Source: a virus. From it: 64,000 nt of DNA. Positions within the stretch are counted from its first letter, which is position 1, and every line of letters begins with the position of its first letter. This document shows positions 16,117 to 24,914 of the stretch, piece after piece. A model generated the notes under the pieces. It ran no database searches, was not told where the DNA came from, and worked only from the letters and a program-made list of their open reading frames with translations. Location of the stretch: IMG/VR virus record IMGVR_UViG_3300020048_000073, positions 1 through 64,000 of that record; one strand, written 5' to 3'. Made by a program: the position numbers and the translations under genes.

Positions 16117-17880
16117 CTACGCAATTTCTACATCTGTGTTGTAGCTGGTAAAGCCATTTTCCTTGACCACTCTGAGTATGTTCTCTACTCGCCCGGCTAG
16201 TTCGTCTCTGTGGCTGACCAACCAAATTGATTTGTGTCGTTCACGACTCATCTGCTTTAACAATGCCAATGCTGATTCTACACCTTGGGTATCTAAACCG
16301 TTGTCGATCATTTCGTCTATAAACAACACGTTGATAGGCTGATACAAGGATTCAAACACGTCACGGAAGGCCCAGCTCATGCTGAGAATTAACCTATTAC
16401 GCTCACCACGACTCAAATTGTCAAAGTCTAATTCACGTCCCAGCTCTTCAATACTAACTGTTAAGTCATTTTGAAACACTACAGTATGCGGTAATCCAAT
16501 ACGATCCAAATAGTGTGTTAGTCTAGCATTTAAATAACTCAAATTCTGTTCTATAATTTTCTTGCGGATAAATGAGTCTTTACTTGTTAGAAGTTTAAGC
16601 AAAAATTCCTGATGTTCTTGTAGTCTAGTAAGCTCGTTGAGTGTGTCATAACTAACTGTCTGCAGAGCTTGCCCCTGCATGTCTTCAATTTGTTCATCAT
16701 ACGGATCAATCTCACACTGTTTTTCCTCTAACTGCTTTTGTAGAGAAGCTAGGCTACTACGATGATGAATAGCTTCCTCTTCATGATCATAAAACATTTT
16801 GGGCGGCTTGCCTAACACGCCCAAGGACGTGTGGGTAATCTCCATTTCTGCCAATAATTGGGCATGCCCTTGGCTTGCCGTTCGTGCCGTTGCCAAATCT
16901 TTCTGCTTATTTTCCATGACCAGTTGGTGCTTTTTGTCGTGGAAGGCCTGACCGCAAGTGTGACATGTGTGAGACTCAAGTGATTCAATTTCACTTTCAA
17001 GTTTCTTAATGCTCTTGTTTTCGCGATCATAGTCGAGCTTGGTCCGACTGATCTGCGTTGACAGATCGTTGATGTCTTTGCGTTTTTGGTCCCAAGCCTT
17101 ATGATCTTTGTGCGCAACAATTTCCGCGTCAATGTCAATCTTTTGTAATTCTTCAAGCGCAACCTCCAACTTTTTAATATCTTCCGCATGCTTATTAGCC
17201 CACATTGTTTGTCTACGTTTTAATGCTTCAATTTGTTCTTCAATACGTTTGTTTGCTTCTTGTACAGCACGAATCCTAAATTCTTCCTGCGTAACAGCAT
17301 CTTTAGTGCCGCGATTTTGTTCTTTTACTTTATCAGCACGCTCACTCAACAACGTAATGCCAAGTAACTGTTCAATAATTGTGCGCTGGTCATTAGCTTT
17401 TAAACTTAAAAACGGCTCTGTGTAAGTGTTGAGTGCTAGAATATGTTTGAACATGTCGTGTGTCATGCCCAATGTATGTTCGATAGCATCTTGGGTTTCG
17501 CGACTGTCTCCTTGCGAATTGTCCTCAGATTCTTGCTCTTTGTTATTAACATAAAACTTTAGAACATTAGGTTTACGCCCACGTTCTATTTTGTATTCTT
17601 GTCCATTTACCGCAAAATCCAAACTGACTACCATATTCTTACTGTTAGTCTTGTTTACAAGATTGTCCTTGCGTATGTTACTGAGCGCCACACCATACAT
17701 AGCGTACGATAACGCATTGATAATTGTAGTTTTTCCTGTACCGTTACGACTACCATCTCCGCCCAAGTCCATATTTTCGCCCAAGACTAGCGTTAAATCT
17801 TGCCGATCAAAATTAATGCCCTGAGTAGCGTTACCTACACTCATGAAATTTCGTACTGAAAGTTTTTTAATTTGTATCAT
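16117..17880 (-). CDS. gp46: Recombination endonuclease ATPase subunit, T4 gp46 / SbcC / Rad50-like
   Basis: Walker A NGTGKTT, zinc hook CHTCGQ, signature LSRGE, Walker B LFIDE, H-loop VSH. Confidence 0.96.
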   Translation of the reverse strand: MIQIKKLSVRNFMSVGNATQGINFDRQDLTLVLGENMDLGGDGSRNGTGKTTIINALSYAMYGVALSNIRKDNLVNKTNSKNMVVSLDFAVNGQEYKIERGRKPNVLKFYVNNKEQESEDNSQGDSRETQDAIEHTLGMTHDMFKHILALNTYTEPFLSLKANDQRTIIEQLLGITLLSERADKVKEQNRGTKDAVTQEEFRIRAVQEANKRIEEQIEALKRRQTMWANKHAEDIKKLEVALEELQKIDIDAEIVAHKDHKAWDQKRKDINDLSTQISRTKLDYDRENKSIKKLESEIESLESHTCHTCGQAFHDKKHQLVMENKQKDLATARTASQGHAQLLAEMEITHTSLGVLGKPPKMFYDHEEEAIHHRSSLASLQKQLEEKQCEIDPYDEQIEDMQGQALQTVSYDTLNELTRLQEHQEFLLKLLTSKDSFIRKKIIEQNLSYLNARLTHYLDRIGLPHTVVFQNDLTVSIEELGRELDFDNLSRGERNRLILSMSWAFRDVFESLYQPINVLFIDEMIDNGLDTQGVESALALLKQMSRERHKSIWLVSHRDELAGRVENILRVVKENGFTSYNTDVEIA

Positions 17881-19457
17881 ATTAGTAATAAGTCAGCATA
17901 CTGTGGAAATACCTCAACGAAAGATTCATTTCTGTGGTTGTCTAGTAACAATGTTTGCTCTTTAAACTGTGACAATAAGTAACTTTCATCACTAGCTAAC
18001 ATAAAATTATACACGTCTTGCCATTCATTAGCAAGCTCTTCGGCTAAATTAGCCTGACACCATTTTATGTGTGCTTGAATAATGACCGCTAGGCGATTTT
18101 TATGATGTTCGGGTAAAACTTGAATTGACATTGGGCTATTTTGTATTATTTGTCGAATGCTAAACTGTGATAGCTTGAGCTTGTTGTTGCTCCACGCTCG
18201 TTGAAATAATATTAAATTTTCTACGTTGACTATCCCTACGGTTGAGGCAACAAAAATTTTAACGTGCGGTGTTTCTAATTTAACACGCTCTAAGTTATCT
18301 TCTATGTCACCCCACACTGTACCATGACGCCAATATTCAGCAACGGCACCAAAACCATCTAAACTGATTGCCAACTCAACTGTTGTAAAATTTTTCCATA
18401 ATTCTAAAATGTTGGTGTCTTTAAACGTTAAATTAGTAAAATTGGTATTGTACAATAATCCAACGTCTGTATTGCCAATGTTAATAAGCTCTTTTGTCAT
18501 TGTGTACTGTTCCGACATAATAAGAGGTTCACCGCCACCAAAATAAATTGATTTAACTTTGGGCAAATAGGATAAAATTTCAGGTAAAACTTCTTTGCGT
18601 TGTTTATTACTCAATGAATCTTCATCTTTAATGCTGTAAATTTCTTGAAACTCCTGTGCTATCGCACTGCTGTAATACGGTCCGCAACTGCGACATTTTA
18701 AATTACAAATTTTATTAAGCCTAATGTCTAACGACAACGGTGTAAAATCTAACACAGTGCCGTTGTCATCGACTTCAATGTTTAATTCTTTAAAATCATT
18801 GTTTAATTTTTCTCGTAAACTGGGCAGATTTCTGTCTTCTTTGTAATAACAACTAGCACATTCTTTACATCTTTTACCAGTCATCATATTTTTTCGCAAC
18901 TTAATAGCATTATCGCTATTCATGATTTCTAAAATTGAAGTTTTGTTTACATTGCCCAATGGGTATTCTGGAGTACCAGCACAACAGGGTAATACGTTAC
19001 CGTCAGTACCAACATACAAGTGAACCCACGGTGCTACACAAAACGTGTCCGACTGTGGGAAAACAACAGGATCAAACGAAGGCCCAGGAACAAGATGAAA
19101 GTTAATATTATCAACTGACTTACAAAATAAATCGTTAGATTGTTTTAATTCTGCTTCAATGTTTTTATTTGGTGTGACCACTGTAATAAAGCAGTTAGAA
19201 ATATCTATTTTAGCGGCAAATTTTTGTAGTGTGGTATTGGCTAATCCTGGTAAATCATCATATTCATAAACTTCGTTTATGTCTTGAATAAACAAAAGCC
19301 GATCTTTAGGCTCAAATTTTTCTTGATAACAACTCTTTAACCAGTTGTGTAGATCTTTTTTGCCCGTGGGAGTAAAAAAGTTAGAAAAATAAAATTTTCC
19401 CAACACATTGTATTTTAATTCTAATTCTTTGACCGCTGTGTCTAACTCTAAATTCAT
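17877..19457 (-). CDS. Radical SAM protein with twitch/SPASM-like domain preceding the SAM core and an extra N-terminal domain
   Basis: FCVAPW...PCC...CKECASC, then ICNLKCRSC and GGGEP; 4-nt ATGA overlaps with gp47 and gp46. Confidence 0.9.
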   Translation of the reverse strand: MNLELDTAVKELELKYNVLGKFYFSNFFTPTGKKDLHNWLKSCYQEKFEPKDRLLFIQDINEVYEYDDLPGLANTTLQKFAAKIDISNCFITVVTPNKNIEAELKQSNDLFCKSVDNINFHLVPGPSFDPVVFPQSDTFCVAPWVHLYVGTDGNVLPCCAGTPEYPLGNVNKTSILEIMNSDNAIKLRKNMMTGKRCKECASCYYKEDRNLPSLREKLNNDFKELNIEVDDNGTVLDFTPLSLDIRLNKICNLKCRSCGPYYSSAIAQEFQEIYSIKDEDSLSNKQRKEVLPEILSYLPKVKSIYFGGGEPLIMSEQYTMTKELINIGNTDVGLLYNTNFTNLTFKDTNILELWKNFTTVELAISLDGFGAVAEYWRHGTVWGDIEDNLERVKLETPHVKIFVASTVGIVNVENLILFQRAWSNNKLKLSQFSIRQIIQNSPMSIQVLPEHHKNRLAVIIQAHIKWCQANLAEELANEWQDVYNFMLASDESYLLSQFKEQTLLLDNHRNESFVEVFPQYADLLLI

Positions 19458-20467
19458 AAAGTTTGGTAAATTTTTAATAACAGTTTGGGATCGTAAAAAT
19501 CGCTATCAATATTAGTAAGTTGATCTGTTACAATTTGATCTACGCTTTCAAATTTAATATCGCCCGGCGCAAGATCTAAAGTTACGTTGTTGTTTTTGAT
19601 AGGCATAAGAGCACATTCACGCAAATTGTAATCTTTGATAAATGTTTCTTTAATAAAATTAGCTTCTTCGTAGCTAATGTCAATATTTAACTCAATACGA
19701 ACATGCATATTGGGTTTAAAAATATCTTGAGCATGGTCAATAGCATCGCTCAGTTTGACAACACGATACAATGGTTGCCCTGGCCAGGCATAAAATTCAG
19801 GTTCTTTGTCCCATTCCAATACCATCATACCACGAGCCTCATCGCCGGCATCGGCAAAATTGTGTGGGAAACAGTTGCCTATGTATTGAATATTTTTACG
19901 ACGTTGTCTAAGATGAAAATGTCCGCTAAACACAGTGTCAAAACCGCCAAAGTGATCAATACTAACCTCACCGTGATCAGGCATTTCTACCATAGCATTC
20001 ATTTTAAAATGCGGAAGTTCTAAATGTCCAAACAGATATTTGCCTTTGAGTTTAGACAATCGTTTATGATCGTCACCCACAAGCCACGGTGCAATAACTA
20101 CCTCGCCCTCATTAAACCAATCGTTAACAATTTGAATATTGGGCAAATGCTCGGCCCACTCTACTCCATGGATATCTCGCTTATCACGATAGTACAAGTC
20201 ATGATTGCCAGGAATAAAATAAAATTTTTCAAATGCCGCTGAAAGTTTTTCCAACGCTCGCAAACTAAACTGTAGAGTTTGTAAATTAATACTGGCACGG
20301 TGATTATGCCAGTCACCTAAAAACATGCCAGTTTCGCAACCCTCTGCTTTGGCCTTTTCAATAAACCAGTCAATGAACTGTTCACAATCGCGATTATGAA
20401 TAATACTGTTGCTTTTAAGACCCCAGTGAATATCAGTACACACTGCTGTTTTTTTAAATAACCCCAT
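19454..20467 (-). CDS. gp47: Recombination endonuclease nuclease subunit, T4 gp47 / SbcD / Mre11-like
   Basis: Metallophosphoesterase motifs TDIHWG, LGDW, PGNHD, FGH, SGHFH. Confidence 0.95.
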   Translation of the reverse strand: MGLFKKTAVCTDIHWGLKSNSIIHNRDCEQFIDWFIEKAKAEGCETGMFLGDWHNHRASINLQTLQFSLRALEKLSAAFEKFYFIPGNHDLYYRDKRDIHGVEWAEHLPNIQIVNDWFNEGEVVIAPWLVGDDHKRLSKLKGKYLFGHLELPHFKMNAMVEMPDHGEVSIDHFGGFDTVFSGHFHLRQRRKNIQYIGNCFPHNFADAGDEARGMMVLEWDKEPEFYAWPGQPLYRVVKLSDAIDHAQDIFKPNMHVRIELNIDISYEEANFIKETFIKDYNLRECALMPIKNNNVTLDLAPGDIKFESVDQIVTDQLTNIDSDFYDPKLLLKIYQTL

Positions 20468-21365
20468 TGTCTGCCTTATAAATGATTGTTTGTAATACTA
20501 CACTATTTGTTGGGAACTTGTCAAGCCCATGGCATGCCAATTCTAACCCTGTTTCTCTTAATTGGTGTTGCACCCAACTTGAGCTCAAAAGTGAAAGTTC
20601 TGGACAGGTATAATCACCGCTATTGACCGCATTGGATAGCAGTTGCTTGCTATTGAAATCCTCTGCCATATGTTGCTGTAATGATAGCATTTTTTTATGT
20701 GCGGGTAACAAATCTTTTACAGGTCTTTTAAACGACAAATTACAAAATTTACCAATTCGTAAAATAGTATTTTCAAAGTCGTTTAATAAGTCTGAAACAG
20801 TGACATCACAACATCTAGGATGTTTAAAATTTTTAAATTGTGGCCATTCTAACTGACTGTCCCACATGCCCCAGTAATGTAAACTTAAAAATTCACGTTT
20901 AATCCAGTCAGGCACATTTTTCATAGGCGTATTTTTACCAACGGGCCAATTGTTGTAAATTCGATTGGGATCTAAGTCTATACCAAAGCTGTACTCCCAC
21001 CAATCATTGGCTACTTTAGTAAACTGATTATTTGCGGTTAACAAATAGGTTGATTCATCTGGAAACAAATGAATAATTTTGTCGTGTCTTGAAAGTAATG
21101 TTAACAAATTGTCAATCAAACTATTGTCGCCTACTGATTTAGGATGTAATCTTACAAAGTCGTGGGTAGCGCCGTTACTAATGTAGTTGCGCCATTCGCT
21201 TAGATCACTTAAATGATTTCCCAAAAATAAGTGACTATTTCCTATTTGTGTAAACGGCAGTTGAATAGGCTCTTGACTGGTCAAACTGGTCAACGCCCAT
21301 TCTAAATAAGTTCCATAACACCCTGCGTTAAATGCTATGGGTATAGTGTGTGATTTAATGCTCAA
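20454..21365 (-). CDS. Hypothetical protein, possible sulfotransferase-like P-loop fold
   Basis: N-terminal IAFNAGCYGTYLEWAL loop and VTVSDLLNDFENTILRIGKFCNL resemble sulfotransferase-fold motifs; weak. Confidence 0.4.
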   Translation of the reverse strand: MSIKSHTIPIAFNAGCYGTYLEWALTSLTSQEPIQLPFTQIGNSHLFLGNHLSDLSEWRNYISNGATHDFVRLHPKSVGDNSLIDNLLTLLSRHDKIIHLFPDESTYLLTANNQFTKVANDWWEYSFGIDLDPNRIYNNWPVGKNTPMKNVPDWIKREFLSLHYWGMWDSQLEWPQFKNFKHPRCCDVTVSDLLNDFENTILRIGKFCNLSFKRPVKDLLPAHKKMLSLQQHMAEDFNSKQLLSNAVNSGDYTCPELSLLSSSWVQHQLRETGLELACHGLDKFPTNSVVLQTIIYKADNGVI

Positions 21366-22271
21366 TTAATCGTCAGGATATGTAATTGTGACTACAGCAC
21401 CAAAGTTAGGATCTTTCTTGCCGGCATTCTGACGGGTCCAACTAGGATTAAGACCGTTCATTTCCAACATGTCGTCACGAATATTTTGATTTTTCTTTTC
21501 TAACAACAATATACGGGTAAACGAGTTGGTAATAGCGGCAGTGTAATAGGCAAACGGATTCTGTGATTTAAACTCGTCGAACTGTAGTCCAATCTGCGAC
21601 AGTTGAACCAATGCCGCTCCACGCATTTCTTCGTTGTAAGTGTACCCACGCCAGTTGGATCTAGTGGCATATTTCTCACACAATTTAATCAACATAGTGG
21701 CCAATGTGTTGGTCATTTTGCCATGATCTTTTGAAAACTCTCCATGCTCTAAATCACCCTTCCAGTGACTTTTACCCACTAGATATGGCTTTTTATCTGC
21801 CGCAATTCGATAGTGAAAAAATGGCGGGAACGGTATTTTGACATGCTTTAAATCAAGTACCGGATCAACTATAACGTCAGCCAGTGGATCATCTTCTTCG
21901 TCTACTTCAAAATCAAAAATATCTTCTACCTTGCGTTTTTTGCTTGCTGCTACCTGAGCTTTTGTGAGTTTTTTTGGAGCCATAGGAATATGTTCCCATG
22001 CAATGATGCGAAACACCAAGTCTGTATTGGGTATTTTTTTAGGATCCACTTCTACACCTGTTTCTCGTTTGATTCGATCAGCACGATTTCGCCTGGCTTC
22101 TGCCACAGTGCGGACATTGATCTTGGCCAAAGTGGGCAAAATAATGTCATATTGATGGTCATTAACTGGATCCAAAAAGCTACAATATGTGTTTTTGCTC
22201 AAGTGTATTTGTTTTAAAATGTCTCGATTATTTAAATAATTTTGCTTTGCGGGGGTTCGTTGAACAGCCAA
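21366..22271 (-). CDS. gp55: Late-transcription sigma factor, T4 gp55-like
   Basis: NYLNN, SNWRGYTYNEEM, QFDEFKSQNPFAYYT..I.NSF.R motifs; TTG start with AGGAG RBS; upstream of gp47/gp46. Confidence 0.9.
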   Translation of the reverse strand: MAVQRTPAKQNYLNNRDILKQIHLSKNTYCSFLDPVNDHQYDIILPTLAKINVRTVAEARRNRADRIKRETGVEVDPKKIPNTDLVFRIIAWEHIPMAPKKLTKAQVAASKKRKVEDIFDFEVDEEDDPLADVIVDPVLDLKHVKIPFPPFFHYRIAADKKPYLVGKSHWKGDLEHGEFSKDHGKMTNTLATMLIKLCEKYATRSNWRGYTYNEEMRGAALVQLSQIGLQFDEFKSQNPFAYYTAAITNSFTRILLLEKKNQNIRDDMLEMNGLNPSWTRQNAGKKDPNFGAVVTITYPDD

Positions 22272-22290
22272 TGTGTGTCTCCTAATAGTG

Positions 22291-22323
22291 TATTTATTTT
22301 AACATAATTACCCCCGTTGTCAA
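22291..22323 (-). promoter_or_regulatory. Host sigma70-type promoter overlapped by a late TAAATA box, driving the gp55 operon
   Basis: TTGACA(22323-18)-16 nt-TAAAAT(22301-296) with extended -10 TG; TAAATA at 22296-22291. Confidence 0.75.
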
Positions 22324-22366
22324 GCGTTCTGGCTAACCAAATAATGTTAGCACATAATTAAATTAA

Positions 22367-22372
22367 TAAATA
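22367..22372 (+). promoter_or_regulatory. Late promoter (TAAATA) for the baseplate operon
   Basis: T4-type late -10 box ahead of AAGGA RBS and ATG 22390. Confidence 0.7.
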
Positions 22373-22389
22373 TTAGATAAGGAAATCAT

Positions 22390-23487
22390 ATGGCAACTTT
22401 AAACCCAACCCCTGTACAACCTTTTGGCGGAGCATTTGACGAAGAAGGAAATTTATTACCGGGGTACCAACTCGACGAAAATAACGATCCTGTTTTTGTT
22501 CCAGATTTGACCGCATCTGAGCAGGCCGCACTTGATGGTACGCGGTTTACCTCACAGCCAGCCTCGCTGACTCCTGATCAACTCAATGCGATTTCTAGAG
22601 CACAAGGAGTAGACGCCGGCGACGTAGATATAGAAGTTGGCATAACAGAAGCACAGTTGTACGCCAATGAAACTGAGGCTTTTGCCCAACAGGCTAGACA
22701 ACAACAAACGTTTGCCCAACAACGCCGACAACCCAACAACGGAGATTGGCGAGTTAAACTTAGCCTTGCCCCTAATAGTGATTATTTGTACAAAGCGCCC
22801 GACGCTGGACTACTGGAACCACTCAAAATAACCAATGGGGTAATTTTTCCATACACCCCTGGCATTTCAACCAACTACAAAGCCAATTATGACTCGTATG
22901 ATTTAACACATAGTAATTATCGAGGATATTACTATAAAAACAGCTACACTGATGCTGTTAGTTTAACAGCACAATTTACAGCACAAGATACAGTACAGGC
23001 AAACTATTTACTGGCAGTAATTACATTTTTTAAATCAGTAACAAAAATGTTTTACGGACAAGATGCTCAAAGAGGTGCGCCCCCTCCCTTGGTATACATA
23101 ACAGGGTTAGGACAATATCAATTTAACGGACATCCTTGTGTAGTTTCAAATTTTTCTTACAATTTACCTGCAGATGTTGACTACATAAGAGCTGGTAGTC
23201 CCAACAACGTTGGTCTTAATCTTACCACACGACGAGACAGACAAGAAGTGGCCACTAACGCAATTTTTGGACAACTACAAAGATTGGCGTCGGCGTTTAC
23301 TACTAAAGGCGCACTACCATCAAGACCCGGTGTGCCTAACTTGGCAACCAATGAAGCCACATATGTGCCTACCAAAATGGAAATACAGTTGACACTGTTG
23401 CCAATACAAAGCAGATCACAAGTCAGTAAACAGTTTAGTCTTAAAAACTTTGCCAACGGTAATTTAATTAAAGGAGGATTTTGGTAA
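22390..23487 (+). CDS. Baseplate/tail-tube initiator-like protein (gp48/gp54-type)
   Basis: GVIFPYTP, FTAQ, GAPPP, PCVVSNFSYNLP.DVDY, VPTKMEI tube-fold motifs; immediately before gp53. Confidence 0.6.
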   Translation: MATLNPTPVQPFGGAFDEEGNLLPGYQLDENNDPVFVPDLTASEQAALDGTRFTSQPASLTPDQLNAISRAQGVDAGDVDIEVGITEAQLYANETEAFAQQARQQQTFAQQRRQPNNGDWRVKLSLAPNSDYLYKAPDAGLLEPLKITNGVIFPYTPGISTNYKANYDSYDLTHSNYRGYYYKNSYTDAVSLTAQFTAQDTVQANYLLAVITFFKSVTKMFYGQDAQRGAPPPLVYITGLGQYQFNGHPCVVSNFSYNLPADVDYIRAGSPNNVGLNLTTRRDRQEVATNAIFGQLQRLASAFTTKGALPSRPGVPNLATNEATYVPTKMEIQLTLLPIQSRSQVSKQFSLKNFANGNLIKGGFW

Positions 23488-23789
23488 TGACTACAAATTA
23501 CACTCCAACTAGCCCGTATTACCTATCTGGGTACAGTCAGTTTTTTCTAGACGTAATGGTTAACCGACCAATTCCCAAACTAGCCGATGACCAACTTTTT
23601 ACTATTAATACCACATATCAGTACAGACCAGATTTGTTAGCTTATGATTTGTACGACAATGCTGGCTTATGGTGGGTGTTTTATCAACGTAATCCCAACA
23701 CGTTGACTAAACCACCTGTTGATTTTACGTCACAAACACAAATATATTTGCCCACTATTACAACTCTAAAAGCCACGTTGGGATTCTAA
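23487..23789 (+). CDS. gp53: Baseplate wedge subunit, T4 gp53-like (LysM-like)
   Basis: YQYRPDLLAYDLYDNAGLWWVF..RNP motif; start re-called to ATG 23487 (AGGAGG RBS). Confidence 0.85.
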   Translation: MTTNYTPTSPYYLSGYSQFFLDVMVNRPIPKLADDQLFTINTTYQYRPDLLAYDLYDNAGLWWVFYQRNPNTLTKPPVDFTSQTQIYLPTITTLKATLGF

Positions 23790-23790
23790 T

Positions 23791-24906
23791 ATGACTCAAC
23801 CAACACCAACAATACTCGTTGACGAAACTGGGCAAGTAAGCAACTTTCGACGCAATCCAGAAACTGGAGATTTGTACGATGCTTCTGGGCTAGGTGACAA
23901 CGTTAGACAAATAACATCTACCCAAGCCACACCACCCGCTCCCGCTGGCGAAAGTGCGCACGCTTATCGTCAACCTGGAGCAGGTGCTACAAATGATGAT
24001 TCTGGCATCAATACTCCTGGCAAAAATTTTAGTGAAGCAAACTTTGCCTACAACAATTTAATACGACCACAACCCAACATATTAGATAATTATGCCAGCT
24101 ACACTTACAATCTAAGTCTCTGTATGTTGACTCCGGCACAAATTTCTAATTTATTTGCATTTGGTAAAGCCAACACAGCTTCTTGGAGTTTACTAATGTC
24201 TAGCGGCGGCGCCGGTGACAGTAAACGTGACCAAGCCCCCAATGGATCTCCGTCGGGTAGAAACAAGTATTTTAAAAATGATTTTTATTTAGACAATTTT
24301 ACAATTAAAACTGCATTGACCGGAGCTACCGGAATGACACACAATTTTACAGATATGTCATTTAGCATATTTGAACCCACAGGCATTACATTATTAGAAT
24401 GCATGGGCAATGCCTACAAAGATTTAATGAAAAATGCTGGATATCAAATGGGAGTTAACATGCCCAATCTGTCAGTGGCTCATTACTGTATGGTATTGAC
24501 ATTTTACGGGTATGATGACACCGGCAAATTAACTAAGGTAGGTTCTTCGGGAACCACCCCAACCAAAACAATAGGCAGCGACTCACAAGCGATAGTAGAA
24601 AAATATTTTCCTTTTATGATATCTGATTTCAAATTTAAAGTTGGCAGCAAAGGCACTGTAGAGTATCAAATCAAAGGTGGTGTTCTTGCAGGTATCCCAC
24701 TTAAAACAAACAGAGGCACTGTAAAAAATCCAGCTATTTTAATTGGAGAAACAATGGGTGATATTCTCAGCGGTCCAAAAGAAAAAGCATCTCCTACTAG
24801 TCCTGGTGAACGAATTGATAACCCGATAGTACCCACGGCGTCATCTAACGCTCCTGATCCTTCTGTAGCTAGAGAATCAGTTGCTGGCTACTCAAATTTA
24901 TTTTAG
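23791..24906 (+). CDS. Putative baseplate hub protein, N-terminal part
   Basis: NILDNYASYTYNLSL, FYLDNF, FSIFEPTGITLLE, LTFYGYD; located between gp53 and gp5. Confidence 0.55.
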   Translation: MTQPTPTILVDETGQVSNFRRNPETGDLYDASGLGDNVRQITSTQATPPAPAGESAHAYRQPGAGATNDDSGINTPGKNFSEANFAYNNLIRPQPNILDNYASYTYNLSLCMLTPAQISNLFAFGKANTASWSLLMSSGGAGDSKRDQAPNGSPSGRNKYFKNDFYLDNFTIKTALTGATGMTHNFTDMSFSIFEPTGITLLECMGNAYKDLMKNAGYQMGVNMPNLSVAHYCMVLTFYGYDDTGKLTKVGSSGTTPTKTIGSDSQAIVEKYFPFMISDFKFKVGSKGTVEYQIKGGVLAGIPLKTNRGTVKNPAILIGETMGDILSGPKEKASPTSPGERIDNPIVPTASSNAPDPSVARESVAGYSNLF

Positions 24907-24914
24907 GATACTAA

